Positions 37,635 to 48,917 of a stretch of DNA of 64,000 bases are shown one piece after another. Source of the DNA: Takakia lepidozioides (Eukaryota; Plantae; Bryophyta); assembly GCA_030704615.1 (NCBI GenBank), contig CM060733.1, forward strand, positions 54,684,001 through 54,748,000, in the 5' to 3' direction. The position numbers and the translations under genes are program-made. The notes below the pieces were generated by a model that searched no databases, was not told the DNA's origin, and was given only the letters and a program-made list of their open reading frames with translations. Position 1 is the stretch's first letter; each line of letters opens with the position of its first letter.

Positions 37635-38712
37635 CCGAGCATAGACAGATTCATAGTGACGAAGTCTAGCTTTTGTTTTTTGAGGAGAGATTGCGAAGTC
37701 ACGAGAGGGCACAAAAACAAGTACGAGTGCAGAAACGTTGTGCGCCATGTGTTAAAGCCTACACCTTCGCCTCAAATAACTTTTGTTTAAGGTTCCAGAT
37801 TGACCCCTGAAAGACTGTTGACATACAAGTTATGCAGCAATTCTCTGTATTGTCTCAGACATATTTTGAATGTAACGCTCTCAGGACCAGACTGCCTTAG
37901 CAGAACCTTCGAGATTGCAGGGTACTATCCGCACAAGTACAGGTACAGGTCGAGGGTACTATCCTTAAGAGAGTTGTTTTTGGTATGAGAGAAGTCTTAA
38001 AATCTACCTGAAAAGGCAATTCACTATCTGCTAACGTTATTTGGTTTGCAGCAGTGTGCATCTTCCTCGATGTTCATGGTGGAGATTCAAAATCATAAGT
38101 GCTCAAACCCAGCATTGCCGGGTAACGGGAAAATGGCAGGTTCTAGGGCCAAGTGAGACCTCATGGTTTTCAAAGCTTTCAACACCAAACACAAGCACAA
38201 GCGGATGTCATGCTCATAACAAAACCAAAGGAGAGGAAGGGACTGACCCAATTCTCTCCAACTGCTAAAAGCAATACCAGCTTGCTGCTACAGCCTCTTT
38301 CCAAATTAGTGGCAGGTACAGAAATGTGGGTTACATAGTTGTGCAAGCAACACCAGTCTCTGCCAACCAATGTCTCTTCTGAATGGAGGATCCTGGGCTT
38401 TAACTTTCTTTCTTTCTTTCTTTGGCAATGCAGACCCTGAATGCAGGCCTCATCACACACGGAAGTTTTAATATGACAAGCCACAAGAACATGAATTGTG
38501 GACACACAAAGGATTCAGATGTGGATCTCTGTCATCTGTTGTTGCTTTGAAAGCTTGGCCTTGGATTTTTTTTTTTCAAAGATAGAGCCTATATTAGTAG
38601 TACTGTACCAAGTCCGGTACATAGCCTGGTTGTAGAATGGTATAAACATATAAACTGGATTCTAAGCATGTCTATAATAGAGGTAAGAAAAATTAGCAAT
38701 AGTATGCCCTAA

Positions 38713-39165
38713 GATAAGTTTCCAAAGAGGTAGTGTGTGGCGGTTACCTATATTGTTACTACTAGGCGTGTGCATTCCATTGGTATGGATAAGTTTCCAA
38801 AGAGGTAGTGTGCGGCGGTTACCTATATGTTTACTACTAGGCGTGTGCATTCCATTGGTATGGATAAGTTTCCAAAGAGGTAGTGTGTGGCGGTTACCTA
38901 TATTGTTACTACTAGGCGTGTGCATTCCATTGGTATGGATAAGTTTCCAAAGAGGTAGTGTGCGGCGGTTACCTATATGTTTACTACTAGGCGTGTGCAT
39001 TCCATTGGTATGGATAAGTTTCCAAAGAGGTAGTGTGTGGCGGTTACCTATATTGTTACTACTAGGCGTGTGCATTCAATTGGTATGGATAAGTTTCCAA
39101 AGAGGTAGTGTGCGGCGGTTACCTATATGTTTACTACTAAGCGTGTGCATTCCGTTGGTATGGAT
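38713..39165. repeat. 75-bp tandem repeat, 6 copies, strictly alternating A/B variants
   Basis: GATAAGTTTCCAAAGAGG recurs at 38713, 38788, 38863, 38938, 39013 and 39088. Confidence 0.95.
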
Positions 39166-40406
39166 CTATGCTTAGGGTAGATTTTCCATAGTGCAAATAC
39201 TCGAGAAAAGATGGACGATGGTTCATTTCAGCTATCTTTATTATCTCATTACAGGCCTCATCTTGCCACTTCTTCCATTCTTGTCAATTTCTCCAAACTT
39301 ATTTAGAGCTTTGTAGCCAACTTTGGAGCCCACTCTGCCTTGTTCCACCTCCACGGCTTCTGTTGCCAATACTTGCAATTGCTCCATAGTATCCAACAGT
39401 TTATGCTTCCAAGTCCTTTATGATACCCTAGACCTAAAATCAAACCTATTATGCATGACATACGGCTCCTTTCTAGGCAATGTTGTGATACCCAATTATT
39501 CACTCTCCATTTTCCTCATTATCTCTCGTTGCTTTTCCTCGCTCAAAATCACAATGATTTGCTTTGAACTATCATAAGGTTTTAATGTTGGTCTCATCAC
39601 CACAAAAGAGCATGCAAACAATGCTGAATAAGTAGTGACACATATTGTTTACAATAGAGATTGCGCCTCACCTTTTCCTGCATTTTTTTTTGTCAAATTT
39701 GTAGCACGAGTTTTGGTAATGGTCCAAGAATATGATGGTTCCACAACGCACATAGGTGATGAAGTTTTAATATCATACCTATGACCCAACTATTGGAGGA
39801 GAGAAGTTTGCGGTTGATGCAAATGCAGTGCATGATACGTTGTCATTACCGTCAGTCATGTATTACTTTGCATCAACGACAAATGCTTCTCCCCTATGAT
39901 AGTTTTGTCTCATTTTGGCCATAGGTATAACAGATCCATCAGCTACGTGCATTGTGAAACCATTAGTTATCTAGACCGTTGCAAAACCTCATACAAATTT
40001 CTCGACGGACGTCACTTTTGTTTTTGAGCATCATTGCCCAATACACATCCACATCCATGGGATCCATCACTGCAATGATTATGTTGATCACGCGATAAAG
40101 CGAAGTAGAGACTACCGTGACTACCTTGTTTGTCATCTCCACCGTCCTCAAATATCAACCTCAAGTTGCCAATGGGAGAACTATGCCAAAGTATGCAGAA
40201 GATATAGCAACAGATGGAGCAGATGCAAACAAACACTTGTTGTGAAAATGAACCTTGGGTTCTCGTGGCTGGACCACAGACTTTACATCTGCAGTAGTTA
40301 ACTTTCCACTAGAGCCATCAATTCCTCGCTTCTTCTAACGTCACAATTGCAGCCAGTTGTGGATAGCCGTGGAAATGTCCCACATGAGTTTCCTGCAATG
40401 AAAGGC

Positions 40407-40686
40407 GATGTCATGTTGTTGGAGGAAGCTGTACATTGATGCTCTTCTGCAAACTTACGAGATATCTGTCATAGCATGTGACATTGCTCACAAGAGGACT
40501 CTCCTCGCCCGTTACCTAGGCTTCATCGCGAGGAGTTTCTCGAGGAGTTTCTTGCAACGAAAGACGATGTCGTGCTGTTGGAAGAAGCTGTACTAGATAC
40601 TCTTCTACAAGCTTACGAGATACCTGTCATAGCAAGTGGCATTGCTCACAAGAGGTCTCTCCTCGCCCGTCACCTAGGCTTCATCA
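40407..40686. repeat. Diverged direct duplication (~160-bp period)
   Basis: GATGTC.TG.TGTTGGA.GAAGCTGTAC...CTCCTCGCCCGT.ACCTAGGCTTCATC occurs twice. Confidence 0.75.
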
Positions 40687-41311
40687 CCAAATGAGCTTCA
40701 AATACTAATTCCATTTACCACTGGGCTACATGTTGGTTGTTCACGTTCTCGATAGTTATGGTAGTCCCACTCTTTCCGGCCCCGCCCAGCCTCTGCAAAG
40801 CTTCTTTGAAATCTTCTACATCCTTGAGGCCATGTAAGGTAGGCTGCCCTGATATGGTGAGCTGGTCTGGTCATGGTGTGAGGTTGTCTTGTTATGGAGC
40901 TCTATAGAACACGGGAGCCACAGCGTAGCTACGGCGTGAGCCCAGCCCCGTGAGCCTGGGAGCTGAGCTCACGTTGTAGCTGTAAAGCGTGAGCGGCACA
41001 AATCTGTTGGAGAAGCAAGTCCTATAGGCGAGGATTGCAAGAAGAGGGCCTATTACCGTGGACAAAACAAAGGGGGCCACCATGCACCATGTCTGCAATG
41101 CCTGCACAAAAAGAGGAATATGAAAATATGGCAGAATTGAGCTCAGAATGATTGACACACTTTATTTCAATTCACAGATAGACGCTTACACTGAATGGCA
41201 TGTGCATTTGCCCTGGTTCCGTGAACGAAATGTATGTGTTTGTCCTAAATGCAAAGTATTCACACGGTAACCTTGAAACCAACATGGGAAGCGGGCATGG
41301 CTCGTATGTGT

Positions 41312-44300
41312 TCAAAGAGAGTTTGGCGGAGCCCTACGTGAGGTGTCCCGCTGCAGAAGGGTGATGACTTCTCCGTAGCCTAGTGTGGCTTGGTGAATGA
41401 ATTGGTCTCTCTTACCGTCGCAACACATAATTACAAGGTATATGTAATATTGATGCTTGCAGGGGACCCACTTCCCTCTCATGCCGAGAGCGCCCTCACG
41501 CATCGTTACAAAATCCGGACAAGTGCAAGTAGGGAAATTCCCCACGGTAACCTGATATTCTTTGCCATGAAGAACTGAGCCAATAGACAGCATTGTGTAA
41601 ATCCGTCCATACCCCGGGGCAGGGACTTCGGTGATACGAGCCACCCGAGCCTTCAAAATTCTAGTCGATTCCATCTTGCATTCGTGATCTGCACCCGAAG
41701 CGACACGGTGCACTGTTTTTCCATCTCTTTTTGTTGGGTGGGAGTCGGCACCGGGTGGAGGCATTGCCGGAGCTTGTGGCACATCTGTGCCGACAGTGCA
41801 CAAGGGCACCACTCGGGATCGTGCAAGACAAAACCCTCCCTCCTCCAGCATGCTTATCTCGGTTGTTGACAACGACGTCCCAAATTTCACAGGCCAAATT
41901 GCGGGGGGAGGGGGTTTCATTATCACCGAATGACGAACTGTTCCCTTGACGCATCGTGCCATATCGTCTGGGCAGAACCAGAACTTGTGGTCCTTTGACT
42001 CCCCACTATGATAAGGTCGGAACAACCCTGTGAATGTTAGAGCTGGAGTCCCCCTAGAGCCTTTGCATATTTTTGATTTGCATTTCTTGAAAGAGGGGGT
42101 CTGAATTGCCATGCACGCAACTCTAGATCCTGGTGGGGTGCGTTCTATATGCCACTCACTATCAATGCAATCAGATTCCTGCACCATGGCCACCACCTCC
42201 TCCAATGGGATTCCTGATGCTGTGCTTGTATGTTCTGCACCTGCTCCACAGGAGGAGGACCCACCTGGGAAGGGGCCGGCACACGACTTAGTCTGCACTG
42301 GAGACACCTTTGGCACAGAGAAATTGACCTTGTCTGGGCGATGGGAATCTCCATCTGAACCTGGAAGAGTGTTCAATTTCCTTTTGCATGATCCAAATCT
42401 TTCCTCGCCTTCCAAATGAGGGAGCCTGGATTGCAAAGGGGAGCCTTCAGTGCACCTGTTCAGAGCTCTGGCCATCTTGGATAGGTCTCCGGACCTACTC
42501 GCAGCCCTTAGCATCAACAAAGTCGTACCGGGGCCCTTGCCTCCACCCTGTCCCATCAGAAAATTGCGGTACCTGGTTTGTTGTGTGAGTGCCCGCACCA
42601 TGTCATCAGCAGTGGCCACATACAAGTCACGACCTGCTTTGGTAGATTGCTGCATCCAGGCGTTATGAACAGTCTCCGCCAAATTACAGGATGGCATGTC
42701 GGCCAAGTTCTCCAAGGACATGTCCTGCATGAGGCATTGCATGGAAATGTGAGGAAGGAAAGGAAATGGAAGAGGTTCTGCAAGCGACAATCCAAGAACC
42801 CCAAATGAAGAGGCACGATGCAAAATTTCTGATTTTGGGATTCAAGAGGCTTACCGTCGTCATGAAAGCTCCCCACTGTCTGTATCTGAAGTGCCAGAAA
42901 ACCAACCAGTCCTCCAACTCCTTCAGGTGGATACCAGTAGCAGCACCAGAGGAGAACCACCAAGCCCGGATTGCTTGGTAAGTGCTCTCAGCTTCTCCCA
43001 TTGAGTTGGCATTTTTGTACTTGAGACAGAGCCTTTTGTGCTCCAACTGAAGGTCAGGGCGAATGCACCGCTTTGTATGACGTGCCAGAGATTGACTCCA
43101 ATGGAAGAGGCATGTGCGCTCCCTATTTTCCATTGGGACCTTAGGATCCCCCGAACCAAACACGTGCCGCACTGCATTGAAATTTGCCTGTGCACTATCA
43201 GCCATGAAGCCCGCAAAATTTGTGTTCTGTATTCCATTGCGCTGCATGACGGCCAGGAGCGAATTCCACATGAGCATCTGGGATTCAGTGTCCTCCGACT
43301 GCATATCACAAATTGCTATTGAGAGCACACGCTGGTACGCTGGATCATACACATGGCACGCCATGGTTGTCCAACCCTTCACCCGTTTGCAGTGATCAAA
43401 CATCAACCAACATTTAGCCAAATCTCCTCCAGGTTGCATTCGGCGGACAATGCTCACACCACTGTCTTCGCCCACTGCGGACATCTTGAACAAATACACC
43501 TTGGATGAGCCCTGGCCAGGGAAGATACTGTTTTGAATGAATTCATAGCGACTTCTCCGTTTGAGGTCCATTATGTTGTCCATGAATCCAGCAGTGCCTG
43601 TGCCGACTCTGAGTGCATTCACCTGGTTTCGAATATTGGGAGAGCTTTACACGGAGAAATGGTCCATCACTGCATCAAGCGAATCTGCATCCAGCATTGG
43701 TTGTGTCGAATCCCCTTCACCCAATATGTGTTTTTCCAGGAAAGCCTTGCTAGCTGCAACCGCTATAGCAGAAGGTGTTGCACAAAGGGCATTGTGGAAC
43801 TCCTACTTCAGCAGATTTCTAGCGATGTCCACGCTATCCCTGCAACTTCCTTTGGACACAGGATGCTCGTGTGCACCCATATGAATGCAGGCACGAGTCA
43901 TTGTCTTGCATCGGTGTGCCACCTGGTACATACGAGCGTGGCACACAGAAACACAAGACGGGGAAAGTTTGCAGAACCTGCACACAAAAGTATTGGTCTT
44001 GGGAGGGACAAGTCCTGGGGTGAAAGGATTCAAGGGCACACCTTCCCACTCACTTTCGTTTGGTTGAGCGCTGTTTCTCAGGCGAGGGCAAGATATATTC
44101 AGGCACTTGCAATGCCCAACGCAAACCGACCTTCGAAATTTCAATCCAATGTCGTTGTGGATGTTTGACGTTTTTGTCCTGCACCAAGGGTGTCCGTCAT
44201 GTTTCTTGTCCATGCCTTGCAGAAGCCCAGCCATGCAGCCCAGCCAGTCCATTGGAAGACGTGGGAGGGTTGAGCTCAAACAAGATGTCCCCATCAAACT

Positions 44301-44889
44301 CTACTGGCACGTATTGAACCCGCTGCACACGAAGGGACTCCCAATCAACAAAACGCAGCTCGCTCTTGCACCCAGGCACCCCTGCGAGGGCTTTCAATTT
44401 TGGAATGACACTCGTTATCTCTTGCAATTCGGATTCATCCAAGAATGTAGTCTGCACTGGCGGAGGAATCTCAGAAACATCCTCCGAGGACGAGTCTGAA
44501 AGAGTCACGAATGTAGTGGATGTGCTCACCTCTTGTTTCACATGAACTGTGCATTTTTGCTGCACGACCGATGCTGCAGTTCCAGGGGTAATGACTGATC
44601 CTGCTGATTGTCTTCTCTCTTTTCCAAGGACACGGTATGTGCCTGGAAGGACTCTCCACTTCCTTCCACACTCACCAACCAATGGTTTCTCCAAATGGCC
44701 AGAATCCAAATTCTCATCCTCGTCATACACCTCTTTTTGAACAAGCAGAGAACCCAATTCCAGTGGGAACACTGTAACCAGCTCATCCTCATGAACAACT
44801 GCAAACCCATCGTCGTCTGCAGTGGCAGTCAGTGGAAGACTACTTGCATTGGAATGAAATCGGGCTAGTCTATCTCTGTCCCTGGACAT
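41312..44889 (-). pseudogene. MULE-like DDE transposase with Cys/His-rich N-terminal domain and C-terminal SWIM finger, slightly decayed
   Basis: Exon 44889-42855, intron, exon 42724-41312. Putative triad WLMFDH / FMADSA / NLAETVH with CLFH (CxxH); SWIM CTCPDF..PCKH. One frameshift near 44240 and in-frame stops near 43803 and 43648. Confidence 0.85.
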
Positions 44890-45849
44890 GTTTTCCTACG
44901 CTGACCGAAACTTTCGATTCACAACGGAATCCCCGAATTGATAGCCCGCAATTCTCGAAAGGGGATCCACCACAAAAAAATTGAGGTCAACAAGGGTAGC
45001 ACTAACCCAAAGGCTGCGGGCGATGCATCAAAAGGATGCAGGAATGACATGCACTGAACTTCGGAGATAACCACGCTGAGAGACACCAACTAGAAAAACT
45101 GTTTTTAAATACAGGAAGCCACAAGAAGCCGTGCTGTTTTTGGATGAAAAACAAACCCTGAACATGACATGAAACCATCCTTTATGGAAAGACGGCAACA
45201 ACCCTGGAGAGCAGTAAACAGGAAGACCCCGAATGTAATGAGGTCGTGCCATGCCAGAAGAGCACAGCACAAACACTGACACTCCAAGAGTCACCTTGCA
45301 CGGATGTGTGCACAAGATCATTTCCGACACAACCCTTAGTACCGAATGACCCCATGGCGACGATGACGGCAAAATGCAAAGCATAGGCAGGCGATACGAA
45401 ACACGTGGATGCATATGTGAAGCACAACATTTATGGCGAATCTGCAAGAACTGCTCCAAATTGAACTAGCATTAGATTTCTACGACACTTCCGAATTTGA
45501 AACCATGCAAGAAGGCCGCCATATATTGGCAGGCGGCGAAGTACATCTGACATATATCACAAGTACATGCAACGTATGTACATATTTTCTAGCACTTTAT
45601 TTCTTGAATAATACAAAGACTCCGAAATGGATGAATTTCGTTCGCACACAATAACAACACCCGCATCCAAATACGGTTGACAATGTCCAATTTTGATTTT
45701 GGTTACATGCAATAGCAACCCTTGTTGCAAACGTCAAACTGGAGAGCTCTAGAGGCATCATGGGGAGCCCTTGTTTCCAGCGGAGGAGGAAGAGAAGGAA
45801 GTCATTATACTTCACGAGCTCTAGAAACAGGAATAGAGCCAGATATAGA

Positions 45850-46158
45850 ATGAGGATGGAAAGAGTGGCCGAAGAGGAAAATGCGGAAGAAGAGGGCAAA
45901 GAGCAAAGTTCGGCGATGGAAGAGCAGGAATCCGGGGAAGAACAGCAGCCTGCCATAGTTCCAAGAACAGATGAGGAGGACACTGCATCCGAGGGAGAGG
46001 CAGATGCCGAAGATGATGTTGACGCTGGCTTCACGAAGAACTTAATAGTGGAAGAGAGGATGGGGGAGATGCTCCAGAACATGAGAGGCGTGGAGAGCAG
46101 TCCAAAGCGCAAAGGGTCCCCGGCGATTGGGGAGTCTTCTGGAGCAGCCAAAAAAAAG
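45850..46158 (+). CDS. Acidic low-complexity first exon with basic NLS-like motifs, probably the 5' part of the transposon cargo gene
   Basis: Glu/Asp-rich 103 codons with PKRK and AAKKK. Phase-0 donor at 46159; acceptor at 46260 continues VASTANKKLK into the first array unit. Confidence 0.55.
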
Positions 46159-46281
46159 GTTCAATCTTTCAAACCCACCTTTGTGCTTCATTGCTGATGT
46201 GAACCCAAGTTGAGATTCTATTTCGATATGAAGATAGTCTACACACGGCATCTCTGTCAGGTTGCATCAACCGCGAACAAG

Positions 46282-48917
46282 AAGCTCAAACAGTGTGCGT
46301 CAATGCACACTTTTTGAGCCTTCCATTTTGCTGGCTTGTTGATGTCTGAAACGGCCAAATTGGGAAACTACGGCAGGTTAAATCCACCACGAATTGGATG
46401 CTGAAACAGTGTGCCTTGACGCACACTGTTTGAGCCCCGCATTTTACTTGGTTGATGGTGCGAAAAACGGCCAGATTGGGCCACTATGCCCGGTTCAATT
46501 CTCCACTATTTGGCAGCTCAAAGAGTGTGCGTTGGCGCACACTATTTGAGCCCACCATGTCATTGTTTGTTCATCTGAAAAACGGCCACAAACGGCATGT
46601 ATTTGAGGATCAATCAACACTTACATGGCAGCTCAAACAGTGTGCGTCAACGCACACTATTTGAGCTCACATTGTCATTGCCTTTGTCATCTGAAAATCG
46701 GCCACATAGGGTATGAATTTGAGGATCAATCATCACTTACCTGGCAGCTCAAACAGTGTGCGTTGCCGCACACTGTTTGAGCTACCCTTATCATTGCCTT
46801 TTTCATTTGAAAATCGGCCACATAGGGCATGTGTCTGAGGACCGATGAACACTTATCTGGCAGCTCAAACAGTGTGCGTTGCCGCACACTGTTTGAGCAC
46901 ACCTTGTCTCTATTTTTCCCCTATGAAATTTGGCAATACAGGGCATGTCTCGGAGGTTCAATCATCACTTACATGGCAGCTCAAACAGTGTGCGTCAATG
47001 CACACTGTTTGAGCTCACCATGTCATTGCATTTGTCATCTGAAAATCGGCCACATAGGGTTTGTATTTGAGGATCGATCATCACTTACCTGGCAGCTCAA
47101 ACAGTGTGCGTCAACGTATACTGTTTGAGCTCACCATGTCATTGCATTTGTCATCTGAAAATCGGCCAAATAGGGTTTGTATTTGAGGATCAATCATCAT
47201 TTACCTGGCAGCTCAAACAGTGTGCGTTGCCGCACACTGTTTGAGCACACCTTGTCACTGTTTTTCCCCTGTGAAATTTGGCAATACAAGGCATGTCTCG
47301 GAGGTTCAATGAACAGTTACCTGGCAGCTCAAACAGTTTGCGTCAACGCACACTGTTTGAACTCACCATATCATTGCATTTGTCATCTGGAAATTGGCCA
47401 CATAGGGTTTGTATTTGAGGATCAATCATCACTTACCTTGCAGCTCAAACAGTGTGGGTCAACGCACACTATTTGAGCTCACCATGTCATTGCATTTGTC
47501 ATCTGAAAATCGGCCACATAGGGTTTGTACTTGAGGTTCAATCATCACTTACCTGGCAGCTCAAACAGTGTGCGTCAACGCACACTGTTTGAGCTCACCA
47601 TGTCATTGCATTTGTCATCTGAAAATCGGCCACATAGGGTTTGTACTTGAGGTTCAATCATCACTTACTTGGCAGCTCAAACAGTGTGCGTCAACGCACA
47701 CTGTTTGAGCTCACCATGTCATTGCATTTGTCATCTGAAAATCGGCCACATAGGGTTTGTACTTGAGGTTCAATCATCACTTACCTGGCAGCGCAAACAG
47801 TGTGCGTCAACGCACACTGTTTGAGCTCACCATGTCATTGTATTTGTCATCTGAAAATCGGCCACATAGGGTTTGTATTTGAGGTTCAATCATCACTTAC
47901 CTGGCAGCTGAAACAGTGTGCGTCAACGCACACTGTTTGAGCTCACCATGTCATTGCATTTGTCATCTGAAAATCGGCCACATAGGGTTTGTATTTGAGG
48001 ATCAATCACCACTTACATGGCAGCTCAAACAGTGTGCGTCAACGCACACTGTTTGAGCTCACCATGTCATTGCATTTGTCATCTGAAAATCGGCCAAATA
48101 GGGTTTGTATTTGAGGATCCATCATCATTTACCTGACAGCTCAAACAGTGTGCGTTGCCACACACTGTTTGAGCACACCTTGTCACTGTTTTTCCCCTGT
48201 GAAATTTGGCAATACAAGGCATGTCTCGGAGGTTCAATGAACAGTTACATGGCAGCTCAAACAGTTTGCGTCAACGCACACTGTTTGAACTCACCATATC
48301 ATTGCATTTGTCATCTGGAAATTGGCCACATAGGGTTTGTATTTGAGGATCAATCATCACTTACCTTGCAGCTCAAACAGTGTGGGTCAACGCACACTAT
48401 TTGAGCTCACCATGTCATTGCATTTGTCATCTGAAAATCGGCCACATAGGGTTTGTACTTGAGGTTCAATCATCACTTACCTGGCAGCTCAAACAGTGTG
48501 CGTCAACGCACACTGTTTGAGCTCACCATGTCATTGCATTTGTCATCTGAAAATCGGCCACATAGGGTTTGTACTTGAGGTTCAATCATCACTTACTTGG
48601 CAGCTCAAACAGTGTGCGTCAACGCACACTGTTTGAGCTCACCATGTCATTGCATTTGTCATCTGAAAATCGGCCACATAGGGTTTGTACTTGAGGTTCA
48701 ATCATCACTTACCTGACAGCTCAAACAGTGTGCGTCAAATGCACACTGTTTGAGCTCACCATGTCATTGCATTTGTCATCTGAAAATCGGCCACATAGGG
48801 TTTGTACTTGAGGTTCAATCATCACTTACCTGGCAGCTCAAACAGTGTGCGTCAACGCACACTGTTTGAGCACACCTTGTCACTGTTTTTCCCCTGTGAA
48901 ATTCGGCAATACAAGGC
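46282..48917. repeat. 116-bp tandem array, 23 units, each with a 38-bp palindrome
   Basis: AGCTCAAACAGTGTGCGT-CA-ACGCACACTGTTTGAGCT recurs at ~116-bp spacing from 46284 to 48836; 928-bp (8-unit) higher-order duplication (47177 vs 48105). Confidence 0.97.

Noticed and set aside
38662-39175. Repetitive 137-aa and 146-aa ORFs on both strands
   Set aside because: By-products of a stop-free 75-bp repeat; no recognisable protein.
46452-48404. ORFs within the 116-bp array
   Set aside because: Unit length is not a multiple of 3 and the frames are repeatedly stopped; artefacts of the repeat.
46282-48917. CRISPR array (palindromic repeats at regular spacing)
   Set aside because: The intervening 78-bp segments are near-identical copies of two types rather than unique spacers; no cas genes; eukaryotic context.
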